Source: Candidatus Cacconaster equifaecalis | Lineage (GTDB): Bacteria > Bacteroidota > Bacteroidia > Bacteroidales > UBA932 | Direction of reading: 5' to 3' | Length of the DNA stretch: 60,631 bases | Assembly: GCA_018064445.1 (NCBI GenBank) | Contig: JAGHVE010000070.1 | Span: 1 to 60,631 of the forward strand | Part shown: positions 10,601-19,029 of the stretch, in pieces | How the letters are laid out: each line of letters begins with the position of its first letter | How positions within the stretch are numbered: position 1 is the stretch's first letter | Position numbers and translations under genes: made by a program | The notes under the pieces: model-generated | Told to the model about the DNA's origin: nothing | Databases searched by the model: none | The model's input: the letters and a program-made list of their open reading frames with translations, nothing else

Positions 10601-10857
10601 ATCAGCACATCGGCAAGCTTGTCGGTGCGCCTGTCCCGGGCACTATGACAAGTGTCAACTGGGTGACAATGCAGGATCCGAGCCTCATCTTCGGAATCCC
10701 TGTCATCGGTTACAGAACTGCCGAAGGAAACTATCTTGAAGGGACCCAGCTTGAACCGGACATACTGATATTGAACGCACCGGAAACGATAGTCAAGGGA
10801 GAGGACTCCCAGCTGCGCGCCGCAGTGGAGGAACTTCTGAAAGAGGTGTCAGATTGA
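7678..10857 (+). CDS. Tricorn-like S41 protease (beta-propeller, PDZ and C-terminal peptidase domains)
   Basis: 1059 aa with a signal peptide. It has repeated TolB/WD40-like 'SPDG' blades (ISPDGTKIAF, WSPDGSGIAF, FTPDGSKVLF, VSPDGKHVAF, FSPDGKELAF, WSPDGKWF). A PDZ-like segment (GLKAGDVIKSINGVEV) and an S41-type C-terminal domain (IVIDTRFNGGG) follow. Confidence 0.85.
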   Translation: MKRIVLTLIAAVSALTSFASNASGDITPLWLRDVMISPDGTKIAFCYKGDIWTVPAAGGRAQRLTAQESYEANPVWSPDGSGIAFASDRYGRYDIFVMSSEGGSATRLTFNSAAEIPSAFTPDGSKVLFSASIQDPAESALFPSAAMTELYAVPVAGGKVEQILGTPAEMVCWSPDGKFFLYQDRKGGEDEWRKHHTSSITRDIWRYDVKSRKHTNLTNRPGEDRNPVLSSDGKSAYILSEAEGGSINVWSMPLDGNKAGWKQITSFDTHPVRFLSRGGNTLCFTWDGEIYTMVPGQKPSKVAISLTLDEENIPEKSHVTSGATSSSVSPDGKHVAFIVRGDVFVTSVEYKTTKRVTCTAAAERGVDFGKDNRSIAYSSERDGISQLYIARIGRESDPDFPNATVIEEEWVLPDLNVERSYPSFSPDGKELAFIENRSHLKVVDLATRAVREVTDGSFWYSRSGGFSYEWSPDGKWFVIEYTANGHEPYNDFGIVSAQGGEITNITESGYMSDGARWVMDGNAILFRSEIYGMRAHASWGSQDDIFLCFLNQDAYDRYRLSEEDYALRKEMEKDKKKDKTDTLSIKVEPDGIRDRIVRLTPHSGNLGDAILSKDGGTLWYLASFEGGMDLWKTDLRKKETKLVSKGAGSGRFATDGKGKTIFLLGSGFKKLDGEKFKNISFDAELKVDHAAEREYMFNYVCREEQQRFYTADMHGVDWDAMTQAYRKFLPHISNNYDFAELLSEWLGELNVSHTGGRYYPTGAVENTASLGLLFDLGWKGAGLKVEEVVKGGPFDHADLGLKAGDVIKSINGVEVTPEQDESILLAGQAGRKTLVTCTDGREYVVLPVSSSKMNDLLYDRWVKQRAADVEKWSKGRLGYVHIRSMNDGSFRPMYSDVLGKYNKCEGIVIDTRFNGGGRMHEDIEILFSGQKYLTQVIRGRESCDMPSRRWNKPSIMIQCEANYSNAHGTPWVYSHQHIGKLVGAPVPGTMTSVNWVTMQDPSLIFGIPVIGYRTAEGNYLEGTQLEPDILILNAPETIVKGEDSQLRAAVEELLKEVSD

Positions 10858-11382
10858 CCGGACAGTTGCCACAATATCTTTGATGGCTTTCGCATAGTCG
10901 GTCGATTCTATCTTCACGACGGCGTCTGCGCAGGAGGCGTAACGTTTCCTGCGGGTATCGTACAGGGCGCGAATCTCTTCTTCGCTCTTTTCCTGCACGA
11001 GGGGGCGGTTTGCATTGCCCAGTTCGGAAAGAATGATGTCGAAAGAGGTGTCAAGCCAGATTATGAATGTCCCATTACCGTGCAGAATCTCCATATTGCG
11101 GTCCGAAAGCACGGTCCCGCCGCCGAGGGCGACAATACAATTCCTGCTTTCCGACTCTTTCAGTACGGACTCCAGAATCCCGGATTCAATCTCACGGAAG
11201 AGCGATTCTCCTCCACGTGTGAATATGGCCGGTATCGGGCCGTAGGATTCTTCGATTCTTCCGTCAAGATCCACGAATTGCCATCCGAGAATCTCAGAGG
11301 CGGCCCTGCCGAAGGTGGATTTTCCGCACGCCATGAATCCGGTCAGGGCGACAGTTCTGTCAGAAGAGGGTCGGTTCTCCAT
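10849..11382 (-). CDS. aroK: Shikimate kinase
   Basis: It has a Walker A motif (LTGFMACGKST) and shikimate-kinase length and pattern. I chose the ATG at 11382 (MENRPSS...); ATGs at 11397 and 11409 are alternatives. The 5' end overlaps the parC stop and the 3' end overlaps the tricorn gene by 9 nt. Confidence 0.85.
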   Translation of the reverse strand: MENRPSSDRTVALTGFMACGKSTFGRAASEILGWQFVDLDGRIEESYGPIPAIFTRGGESLFREIESGILESVLKESESRNCIVALGGGTVLSDRNMEILHGNGTFIIWLDTSFDIILSELGNANRPLVQEKSEEEIRALYDTRRKRYASCADAVVKIESTDYAKAIKDIVATVRSI

Positions 11383-14089
11383 TGTCGTCCCAAACATAAG
11401 GTGTGACATCTCCCTCCTCCGAATTTCGGTCTTCCATTTCGGGTTCACGGCTCTCCTGAGGTTGAGCCTCCTTTTCAAGCGGTTCGATGAACTTCACCTC
11501 TGCGATTGTGAAGGATGACACTTTCTTTCCTTTGGCCCGGAAACTCTTCTGTCCGATGAACTGTTCCACGTCAATCGTTTCGGGCTCCCGTCCGGCATTC
11601 TTCCCTCCGAAAGTCACATACAATTGGGGGAAGGCGTCGCTGCTGAGTTCAAGCAGACGCGAACCGTTGTCTTCGCTGATGAAACTCTGTGGCACTCCTC
11701 CGTTTGGCTCGAAAGAGAACCTCTTTATATAGTGAGCCTTTGCGGATGAATCATAATACAATGCGGCGAACGTCTTTTCGGAATCCAACTTCTCTATCAG
11801 GATGATGTCTCCCTGGTAGTGGTTGGCAAGGTCGAACGAGGTCGTGTAGAACGTACCGTTGCTGCAGACCACCAGAATGTTGTCACCGTCGTTGAACTCT
11901 CCCAGGTAGAGGCCGTGTTCCGTGTCGGTCAGGCGGTTGATGTCGCTGTCGAACCATATCTGCTTCCCCGAAAGGGTGGAGACGCCCTTGCTCTTGAGAG
12001 ATATCCTTGATATGATGTTTCTGTTGGTGACAAGATTGCCTCTCGAAGCTCTGCCTTTGATTGCCAGATTCGCGAAGTTGTATTCTTCGGAGAGTTTCTT
12101 GAGCTTTGGACGCGGCTTGTAGTTGATGCGGAGAGTTTCCGCTTCACCGTTGCTGTTGGCGGTGAACCACAGCACCGCCGAGCCGTCGGTTCCCTGTGTG
12201 AGGTCATATTCCTTGTCGCGGGTGATGCCCGTTATCGAGAAGCGCTTCGCATAGTAGGCGCCTCCGTTCTTGCCGTCGCGGTAGATTGCGTTGTAAACGG
12301 TCCTCTCGTCACCTTTGGTGAATACCTGCGCGTGGATGATGTCTTTCCCGACAAATGCTTTGTCACGGATTTTGGTTACCATATAGCGTCCGTTCTTGCG
12401 GAAGATCACCACGTCCGCTATGTCGGAGCAGTCGCAGATGAATTGGGCCCCGTCGATTTTCTTCTGGTCAGTGCCGATGAAACCGTCAGCGAAATTGGCG
12501 TACAGCTTGGCGTTGAGGGTGACGACCTTCTCTGCCTGGATGTTTTCGAATGCCGTGATTTCCGTCTTGCGGGGGAAAGACTGCCCGTATTTTCTCTTGA
12601 GAGTCTGGAAATATCTCACAGTGAAGTCTGTAAGGTGTTCCAGATTGTTGCGGACTTCGTCGATGTCCGCCTCGATTCCCCGTATCTTCTCGTCAGCAGC
12701 CTTGATGTCGAAACGGGAGATTTTTCTGACAGGTTTCTCGACAAGTTTCTCTATGTCCCCGTGGGTTATCGGCCTGCGGAGAAGGCTCTGATATTGCAGC
12801 ATCCCTGCCTCGACGTCGCGTAACTGCTCCTCCCAGCTTGCGGCCTCGTTTTCGAGGATACGGTACACCTTCTTTTCGAAGAATATCTTTTCAAGGGAAC
12901 TGAAATGCCAGTCGCCCTCAAGTTCCTCCAGTATGATTTTCAGTTCCTGTTCGAAGAGGTCACGAGTATGTCCGGCATTGAATTTCAGGATTTCGTCAAC
13001 TCCCAAGAAATGGGGCTTGCGGTCCTTGATCACGCAGGCGTTGGGAGAGATGGACACTTCGCAGTTGGTGAAGGCGTAAAGCGCGTCGATTGTCTTGTCC
13101 GGAGAGATGTCGTTCTGAAGAGTGATGTTGATTTCCACGCTGTCGGAGGACATATCGTCAATCTTCTTGATTTTGATTTTGCCCTTGTCGTTGGCCTTGA
13201 GGATGGAATCTATCAGGCTTTCAGTCGTCTGCCCGTATGGCAATTCGGTGATGCAGAGGGTCTTCCTGTCCGTTTTGAGGATTCTGGCCCTTACTTTGAC
13301 CTTTCCGCCGCGCAGACCGTTGTTGTATTTGGAGCAGTCCATCAGACCTCCTGTGGGGAAGTCGGGATACAGGTCGAAAGGCTTGCCCCGAAGCGCGGCT
13401 ATGCAGGCATCCATAAGTTCGTTGAAATTGTGCGGAAGCACCTTGACTGCAAGGCCCACGGCAATGCCTTCAGTGCCCTGGGCAAGCAGGAGCGGGAATT
13501 TCATCGGCAGCACGACCGGTTCCTTGTTCGTTCCGTCGTAAGAGGGGACCCACTCCGTGATTTTCTTGTTGAAGGCGACCTCGAGCGCGAACTTGCTCAG
13601 CCTGGCCTCGATGTAGCGGGATGCGGCCGCACTGTCACCGGTGAAGATATTACCCCAGTTCCCCTGACAGTCAATCAGATAATCCTTCTGCCCCAATCCT
13701 ACGAGAGCATCTTTGATGGATGCGTCACCGTGAGGGTGATATTTCATAGTGTCACCGACTATTCCGGCGACCTTGTGGTAGTGGCCGTCGTCCACCTTCT
13801 GCATCGCGTGGAGAATGCGCCGCTGCACGGGCTTAAGGCCATCTTCAATCTGAGGTACGGCTCTGTCGAGGATGACGTATGAGGCATAGTCAAGGAACCA
13901 GTCCTTGTACATTCCGGAGAGTTTGTAGCGGTTTTCGCCGTCAGCCACCAACCGCTCATATCTGTCTTCGTCCTCGCTGTCAAGCTCTTCGTTTTCCAAT
14001 ACCTCGCACTGGTCATCCGAATCTTCGGAATCTGTGCTCTGCTGCTCGTCAAAAATCTCGTCGTCCAGGATTTCGTCGTCTTTGCTCAT
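11360..14089 (-). CDS. parC: DNA topoisomerase IV subunit A (type IIA topoisomerase A subunit)
   Basis: 909 aa with YASYVILDRAVPQIEDGLKPVQRRILHAM, KYHPHGD and the active-site region AAASRYIEARL. The choice of ParC over GyrA follows the Bacteroidota pattern and is inferred. Confidence 0.85.
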   Translation of the reverse strand: MSKDDEILDDEIFDEQQSTDSEDSDDQCEVLENEELDSEDEDRYERLVADGENRYKLSGMYKDWFLDYASYVILDRAVPQIEDGLKPVQRRILHAMQKVDDGHYHKVAGIVGDTMKYHPHGDASIKDALVGLGQKDYLIDCQGNWGNIFTGDSAAASRYIEARLSKFALEVAFNKKITEWVPSYDGTNKEPVVLPMKFPLLLAQGTEGIAVGLAVKVLPHNFNELMDACIAALRGKPFDLYPDFPTGGLMDCSKYNNGLRGGKVKVRARILKTDRKTLCITELPYGQTTESLIDSILKANDKGKIKIKKIDDMSSDSVEINITLQNDISPDKTIDALYAFTNCEVSISPNACVIKDRKPHFLGVDEILKFNAGHTRDLFEQELKIILEELEGDWHFSSLEKIFFEKKVYRILENEAASWEEQLRDVEAGMLQYQSLLRRPITHGDIEKLVEKPVRKISRFDIKAADEKIRGIEADIDEVRNNLEHLTDFTVRYFQTLKRKYGQSFPRKTEITAFENIQAEKVVTLNAKLYANFADGFIGTDQKKIDGAQFICDCSDIADVVIFRKNGRYMVTKIRDKAFVGKDIIHAQVFTKGDERTVYNAIYRDGKNGGAYYAKRFSITGITRDKEYDLTQGTDGSAVLWFTANSNGEAETLRINYKPRPKLKKLSEEYNFANLAIKGRASRGNLVTNRNIISRISLKSKGVSTLSGKQIWFDSDINRLTDTEHGLYLGEFNDGDNILVVCSNGTFYTTSFDLANHYQGDIILIEKLDSEKTFAALYYDSSAKAHYIKRFSFEPNGGVPQSFISEDNGSRLLELSSDAFPQLYVTFGGKNAGREPETIDVEQFIGQKSFRAKGKKVSSFTIAEVKFIEPLEKEAQPQESREPEMEDRNSEEGDVTPYVWDDNGEPTLF

Positions 14090-14104
14090 TTGTAAATCAA
14101 TCAG

Positions 14105-14983
14105 TTAATCAAGTATATATCCGTATTTTTTCAACATCTTCCTGTTCTCGCGCCATCCGGGCTCCACCTTTACGTACACTTGCAAAAATACCTTTTTTTC
14201 AAAGAATTTTTCCATATCTATCCGTGCGGCAGTGGCAACTTTTTTCAAAGAAGCGCCGTTTTTTCCAATAATTATCCCTTTCTGGGAGTCTCGCATCACA
14301 TTAATTATCGCGCTTATGTCGTAACGTTCAGAACTCTCCCTGAAACTTTCCACCACCACTTCGGCACAATATGGAATCTCCTTCGTGTAGTTTTCCAATA
14401 TTTTTTCGCGGATGATTTCCGATGCGAAGAACCTCAGGCTCTTGTCGGTGAACTGCTCCCTGTCGAACCAGGCCGGGCTCTCCGGAAGCTTTGCCACGAT
14501 TGTGTCGAATATGTTGTCGAGATTGAATTTCTCCTGAGCCGAGGCGGGGAAGATGACAGCATCAGGCACAAGCTCCTGCCACTGGCTCATCAGGTCGCAG
14601 ACAGTCTGCTGGTCGCTTATGTCAATCTTGTTTATCACTATGATGACGGGGCATTCCAGTTTGGAGAGTTTTTCGACGTACGCCGCGTTCTTGTCCTTTT
14701 TCTCAATAACGTCGGTCACATAGAGAATGATGTCTGCGTCACCGATGGCCGTGTCTACAAAGTCCAGCATACTGCGCTGGAGTTCGTATGCCGGCTTGAG
14801 AATTCCGGGAGTGTCGGAATAGACAATCTGATAATCGTCTCCGTTCACGATTCCCATTATGCGGTGCCTGGTTGTCTGGGCCTTGGCCGTGACGATGGAG
14901 AGCTTTTCCCCCACGAGGGCGTTCATCAGCGTGGATTTGCCCACGTTGGGATTGCCTATTATGTTGACGAATCCTGCTTTCAT
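14105..14983 (-). CDS. era: GTPase Era
   Basis: It has the G1 motif GNPNVGKSTLMN, the G3 motif DTPG, NKID, and a KH-type C-terminus. I trimmed the start to the ATG at 14983 (MKAGFVNIIG), which forms an ATGA overlap with the upstream stop codon. Confidence 0.95.
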   Translation of the reverse strand: MKAGFVNIIGNPNVGKSTLMNALVGEKLSIVTAKAQTTRHRIMGIVNGDDYQIVYSDTPGILKPAYELQRSMLDFVDTAIGDADIILYVTDVIEKKDKNAAYVEKLSKLECPVIIVINKIDISDQQTVCDLMSQWQELVPDAVIFPASAQEKFNLDNIFDTIVAKLPESPAWFDREQFTDKSLRFFASEIIREKILENYTKEIPYCAEVVVESFRESSERYDISAIINVMRDSQKGIIIGKNGASLKKVATAARIDMEKFFEKKVFLQVYVKVEPGWRENRKMLKKYGYILD

Positions 14984-15774
14984 CGCACTGCTCCCATTTT
15001 CAGAAGGTTGACCTCGCTTTCGGTGAGGAATCTCCATCCGCCCCTCCTGAGATTTTTCTTGGTCAGACCTGCGAAATATACTCTGTCGAGCTTCTTCACG
15101 CGGTACCCCAGATGTTCGAAAATACGGCGGACTATGCGGTTTCTGCCGCTGTGAATCTCAAGCCCGATCTGAGCCTTGTCCCCGTCGACGTAGGAGAGGC
15201 TGTCCGCCGCAATCGGCCCGTCCTCGAGGGTGATGCCGCTGAGAATTGCATCGAAGTCGGACTTCTGGAGGTTCTTGTCCAGGAATACGTGATATATCTT
15301 CTTCACCTGACGGGAAGGGTGTATGAGGCTGTCGGCCAGAGCACCGTCATTGGTGAAAAGCAGGACGCCGGTAGTGGCCTTGTCCAGCCTTCCCACAGGG
15401 TAGATTCTTTCGGGACATTTGTCCTTGCTTATCAGGTCCATCACAGTCTTCTCTGCGTGAGGATCAGACATCGAGGTGACGTAATCCTTGGGTTTGTTCA
15501 TCAGGACATAGACCTTTTTTTCTCCGCGGATTCTCTCCCCGTTGAAACGTATCTCATCCTTTGCGGGATCCACTCTGGTTCCGAGTTCAGTCACAATCTT
15601 TCCGTTCACCTTCACAAGACCTGTGGCGATGAAGGTGTCAGCATCCCTGCGTGAACAGATACCGCTGTTCGCAATGAACTTGTTGAGGCGGACGAGCCCG
15701 TCGGAATTTGTGTTTTTGTTGATTTTTTTAACCGCCGGCCGCGGGGTGGTTATATGATTCTTATTTTTCTGCAT
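14980..15774 (-). CDS. rluB: RsuA/RluB-family rRNA pseudouridine synthase (S4 domain plus catalytic domain)
   Basis: 264 aa with an S4 motif (RLNKFIANSGICSRRDADTFI) and the catalytic-Asp motif GRLDKATTGVLLFTNDG. Confidence 0.88.
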   Translation of the reverse strand: MQKNKNHITTPRPAVKKINKNTNSDGLVRLNKFIANSGICSRRDADTFIATGLVKVNGKIVTELGTRVDPAKDEIRFNGERIRGEKKVYVLMNKPKDYVTSMSDPHAEKTVMDLISKDKCPERIYPVGRLDKATTGVLLFTNDGALADSLIHPSRQVKKIYHVFLDKNLQKSDFDAILSGITLEDGPIAADSLSYVDGDKAQIGLEIHSGRNRIVRRIFEHLGYRVKKLDRVYFAGLTKKNLRRGGWRFLTESEVNLLKMGAVR

Positions 15775-15778
15775 CTTG

Positions 15779-15786
15779 CAAAGTTA
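15779..15786 (-). promoter_or_regulatory. Candidate -7 box (TAACTTTG on the minus strand) immediately upstream of rluB
   Basis: Plus-strand caaagtta is the reverse complement of TAACTTTG. Only 4 nt separate it from the ATG at 15774, which implies a leaderless mRNA. Confidence 0.4.
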
Positions 15787-15807
15787 CTGCAACAAATTCG
15801 AAATTCC

Positions 15808-15815
15808 TACTTTTG
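15808..15815 (+). promoter_or_regulatory. Candidate -7 box (TACTTTTG) for the FtsX-like permease gene
   Basis: Exact TAnnTTTG match, 18 nt upstream of the ATG at 15834. Confidence 0.4.
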
Positions 15816-15833
15816 GACACCAATAAAATCATT

Positions 15834-16994
15834 ATGGATGCCAATGTGAGAATTGCTTTTGAGTCCTTGCGGTCCAATGTGTTGCGGACGCGTCTGACAG
15901 TCGCCGTGATTGCGGTGGGAATAATGTCGCTCGTCTCGATTCAGACTGCCGTGGAGATTATGTCGGAACAGGTGGCGGGCAGTTTCGAGAAGATGGGTGC
16001 CGGAATGTTTACGATATCTTCGGGGCAGGGAGGACAGATATCTCTGCGCCAGGCCACCGTCTTTGCGGAAGAGGCCTCTTTCGCACGGACTGTCTCGATC
16101 TACAGGAACCGTGATATGATGGCAAGGGTTTCTTTTGAAGGGGAGTCCACGGACCCCGTCGTGAGTGTCATCTGCGCGGATGAAAATTATCTCTCCTGCC
16201 AGGGAGGTGTAATCGGGGAGGGAAGGGATATTCTCCCCTCTGACGTATCTGACGGGAAGAGAGTGGTTATCCTGGGTGACAATGTCAGACGGAGGATCTT
16301 CCCGAGCGGTGACGGGATAGGGAATCACGTGACACTTCCTTCCGGGAGGTACCTTGTTGTAGGCCTATTGGAGAGAAGAGGGGCTGTTTTCGGCACGGGG
16401 CTGGACAACAGTGCAATCATCCCGTTGACTGACGGGGATGGAATCAATATCGACGTGGTTCCGGATTCCGGTCTGTCATTGGAGGATGCCGCCCTTTGCA
16501 GTTCGACGCTGCTCCGGGGAATCAGGCGGACGGGCCCGGCATCCCCGCAGGATTTCGAAATTGTGAAAAGCGGATCCGTCGAGGAAGGAATGGCTTCTCT
16601 CAAAAACAAGTTGTCCATTGCCGCGCTTGCAATAGGTTTGCTGACGCTCCTTGGCGCATCGGTCGGGCTGATGAACATAATGCTGGTGTCGGTCAGGGAA
16701 CGGACCCGTGAGATAGGTCTGCGGAAATCACTGGGCGCAAGGTCCTCGACAATCGGGAATCAGTTTCTGCTGGAGGCGGTGATGATAGGGCAGGCAGGGG
16801 GTGCCGCCGGAATACTTCTCGGCGTGCTTTTCGGCAATCTGGCCGCACTGATAATGGACGGGGAGTTCGCCGTGCCCTGGAAATGGGTGTTCTATGCGGT
16901 GGCTCTCTGCCTTGCGGTCAGTCTGCTTTCCGGGTTTCTTCCCGCCCGCAAGGCTGCGGCTCTGGATCCGGTCGATGCCTTGCGGGAAGAATGA
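15834..16994 (+). CDS. ABC transporter permease, MacB/FtsX-like (periplasmic core domain plus FtsX 4-TM domain)
   Basis: The N-terminus ANVRIAFESLRSNVLRTRLTVAVIAVGIMSLV and the C-terminal FtsX pattern RTREIGLRKSLGARSSTIGNQFLLEA...ARKAAALDPVDALR are typical. The ORF-track start at 15813 is TTG, so I used the first ATG at 15834. Confidence 0.85.
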   Translation: MDANVRIAFESLRSNVLRTRLTVAVIAVGIMSLVSIQTAVEIMSEQVAGSFEKMGAGMFTISSGQGGQISLRQATVFAEEASFARTVSIYRNRDMMARVSFEGESTDPVVSVICADENYLSCQGGVIGEGRDILPSDVSDGKRVVILGDNVRRRIFPSGDGIGNHVTLPSGRYLVVGLLERRGAVFGTGLDNSAIIPLTDGDGINIDVVPDSGLSLEDAALCSSTLLRGIRRTGPASPQDFEIVKSGSVEEGMASLKNKLSIAALAIGLLTLLGASVGLMNIMLVSVRERTREIGLRKSLGARSSTIGNQFLLEAVMIGQAGGAAGILLGVLFGNLAALIMDGEFAVPWKWVFYAVALCLAVSLLSGFLPARKAAALDPVDALREE

Positions 16995-17005
16995 GAAAAA
17001 ATGCC

Positions 17006-17013
17006 TACTTTTG
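17006..17013 (+). promoter_or_regulatory. Candidate -7 box (TACTTTTG) for the downstream lipoprotein gene
   Basis: Exact TAnnTTTG match, 19 nt upstream of the ATG at 17033. Confidence 0.35.
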
Positions 17014-17032
17014 CGGAAAACCAAGGAATGAT

Positions 17033-17695
17033 ATGAGAAGACATTTTCTGCTTTTGCTCGCGCTCCTTTGCACAGTTGGGTGCAATCCTCTGAAGATTGT
17101 TATGAATTCCAGGACATCCGACGGAGAGAGGACGGTCCTCACTTCCGACCAACCGCTTTTCAGAACCGGCGGACACGATATCTCGGTCGCTCTCGGAGCT
17201 CGTATGCACGACAGGGACTCCGTTATGGCGATTCTTGTAACCTGCGAATCCCGTGAACATTACGGAATCTTCAATGTAGGCAACAGGATGATGATACGTC
17301 TGGCTGACCAATCTGTCATAACACTCGACAACATCTATGACAAGGAATATGAGAACAAGACCGAGACATATCAGACCACGGACAGAATCGTCCACACCGG
17401 TGTCGGCTATGCATATAACCCCTGGGATGACTATTTCTATCTGACTCCGTACGAAGTGTCGACTTTCGTTCCCAGAACCACGGTGGTCAGGAAAAATCTC
17501 TCCTATGCCCTCTATCTCGTTTCAAGGGAAGACTTGCAGAAGATTGTTCACGGCAAAGTCATAAAGTTCAGGATAGAAACTGAGGATTCGGAATATGATA
17601 TGCCGAATCCCCAGACTGTTTCAGAACTTTTTGCAAGTATGTATGATTTGCTGTCGAAATGTGTCGCCAGCGATGTTGTAAGGTCTGAATTCTAA
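17033..17695 (+). CDS. Hypothetical lipoprotein (220 aa), no family recognised
   Basis: I trimmed the ORF 16883..17695 to the ATG at 17033, giving MRRHFLLLLALLCTVGCNPLK (signal peptide plus lipobox). The longer form overlaps the permease gene. Confidence 0.65.
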   Translation: MRRHFLLLLALLCTVGCNPLKIVMNSRTSDGERTVLTSDQPLFRTGGHDISVALGARMHDRDSVMAILVTCESREHYGIFNVGNRMMIRLADQSVITLDNIYDKEYENKTETYQTTDRIVHTGVGYAYNPWDDYFYLTPYEVSTFVPRTTVVRKNLSYALYLVSREDLQKIVHGKVIKFRIETEDSEYDMPNPQTVSELFASMYDLLSKCVASDVVRSEF

Positions 17696-18990
17696 ACCAA
17701 ATGATAGTGGGGGCCGAAACGCTCGAAAGCGGCACGGTCCAGACTCTCGCGTGCATCGGGATGAGCCACGCTGATGATGAGTTTCGCCCTTTCCTGAAGG
17801 CTCTTGCCGTAAAGATCGACCGCACCGTATTCGGTAACCAGCCAGTGGATGTGGTTGCGGGTGGTAACCACGCCGGCACCTTCCGTCAGGACGGGAGCAA
17901 TCTTGCTTATACCCTTGTTCGTAGCAGAAGGCATAGCTATGATGGCCTTTCCGCCCTCTGAAAGAGAAGCTCCGTATGTGAAGTCAATCTGTCCGCCCAC
18001 ACCGCTGTAGAACTTGGTTCCGAGAGAGTCGGCGCAGACCTGACCTGTGATGTCGACCTGAAGCGCGGAGTTGATTGCGCATACCTTGGGGTTCTTTGCT
18101 ATCACGTATGGGTCGTTGGTGTAGCCGACATCCATCATCGCTACCATCGGGTTGTCGTCAATGAAGTCGTAAACCTCCTGGCTTCCCATAAGGAAGGTGG
18201 AGACCATCTTGCCCTTGTCGATTTTCTTGTTCATACCGTTGATGACACCCTTCTTCACGAGAGGAAGCACGCCGTCGGCAAACATTTCGGTGTGGATACC
18301 GAGGTTCTTGTGGTTTCCGAGCTGTGCCAGCACCGCATTGGGGATGGCTCCGATACCCATCTGGAGGCAGGCGCCGTCCTCGATGAGGTTCGCGCAGTTG
18401 ATACCGATTTTCGTCTCGATTTCTGAAGGAGCCGCGAAGGATGCGGGCTCGAGAGGAGTGTTGTCCTCAACCCAGAGATCAATCATATCCGCAGGAATGA
18501 TGGCATCTCCCCACGCGCGGGGAACGTTCTTGTTGACCACTGCTATGACTGTCTTGGCGCACTCGATTGCCGCGAGGGTGGCATCGACCGAAGTACCCAG
18601 AGATACATATCCGTGTTTGTCGACAGGTGAAACCTGTATCATCGCAACGTCGCAGGGAACCGCTCCGCAACGGTAGAGTTTCTGAGTCTCGCTCAGGAAA
18701 ATGGGAATATAGTCAGCCCAGCCGGCCTGCACGTTCTTGCGGACATTGCCGCCCACGAAGAAAGCCTGATGGAAGAAGACACCCTTGTACTTCTCGTCAG
18801 TGTAGGGTGCGGGACCTTCAGTGTGGAGGTGGTGGATACATACGTTTTTCAGTTCTCCGTTGTCCCCCCTGCGGCAGAGTGCCTGGATGAGGACCTGGGG
18901 AGCGCTAGCAACGCTGCTGAAGTGGATATGGTCGCCGCTCTTGACAACCTTGACCGCTTCGTCGGCTGAGGTGAATTTGATTTGTTTCAT
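17692..18990 (-). CDS. Acetyl-CoA hydrolase/transferase family enzyme (4-hydroxybutyrate/butyrate CoA-transferase-like)
   Basis: 432 aa from the ATG at 18990 (MKQIKFTSADEAVKVVKSGDHIHFS). Family-typical segments include LQMGIGAIPNAV, GIHTEMF and SGVGGQIDF. The ORF-track extension to 19347 crosses the promoter region and the mazG start. Confidence 0.88.
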   Translation of the reverse strand: MKQIKFTSADEAVKVVKSGDHIHFSSVASAPQVLIQALCRRGDNGELKNVCIHHLHTEGPAPYTDEKYKGVFFHQAFFVGGNVRKNVQAGWADYIPIFLSETQKLYRCGAVPCDVAMIQVSPVDKHGYVSLGTSVDATLAAIECAKTVIAVVNKNVPRAWGDAIIPADMIDLWVEDNTPLEPASFAAPSEIETKIGINCANLIEDGACLQMGIGAIPNAVLAQLGNHKNLGIHTEMFADGVLPLVKKGVINGMNKKIDKGKMVSTFLMGSQEVYDFIDDNPMVAMMDVGYTNDPYVIAKNPKVCAINSALQVDITGQVCADSLGTKFYSGVGGQIDFTYGASLSEGGKAIIAMPSATNKGISKIAPVLTEGAGVVTTRNHIHWLVTEYGAVDLYGKSLQERAKLIISVAHPDARESLDRAAFERFGPHYHLV

Positions 18991-19020
18991 ATCTTTTGTC
19001 AATAAATTGTTTCCAGTCTG

Positions 19021-19028
19021 CAAAATTA
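19021..19028 (-). promoter_or_regulatory. Candidate -7 box (TAATTTTG on the minus strand) for the CoA-transferase gene
   Basis: Plus-strand caaaatta, 30 nt upstream of the ATG at 18990. It is one half of the 17-nt palindrome at 19021-19037. Confidence 0.45.
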
Positions 19029-19029
19029 G

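Noticed and set aside
12905-13882. 325-aa plus-strand ORF
   Set aside because: It is antisense to parC, whose conserved motifs confirm the minus-strand frame. No family resemblance was seen.
14180-15154. 324-aa plus-strand ORF
   Set aside because: It is antisense to era and rluB. It is a shadow ORF with no motifs.
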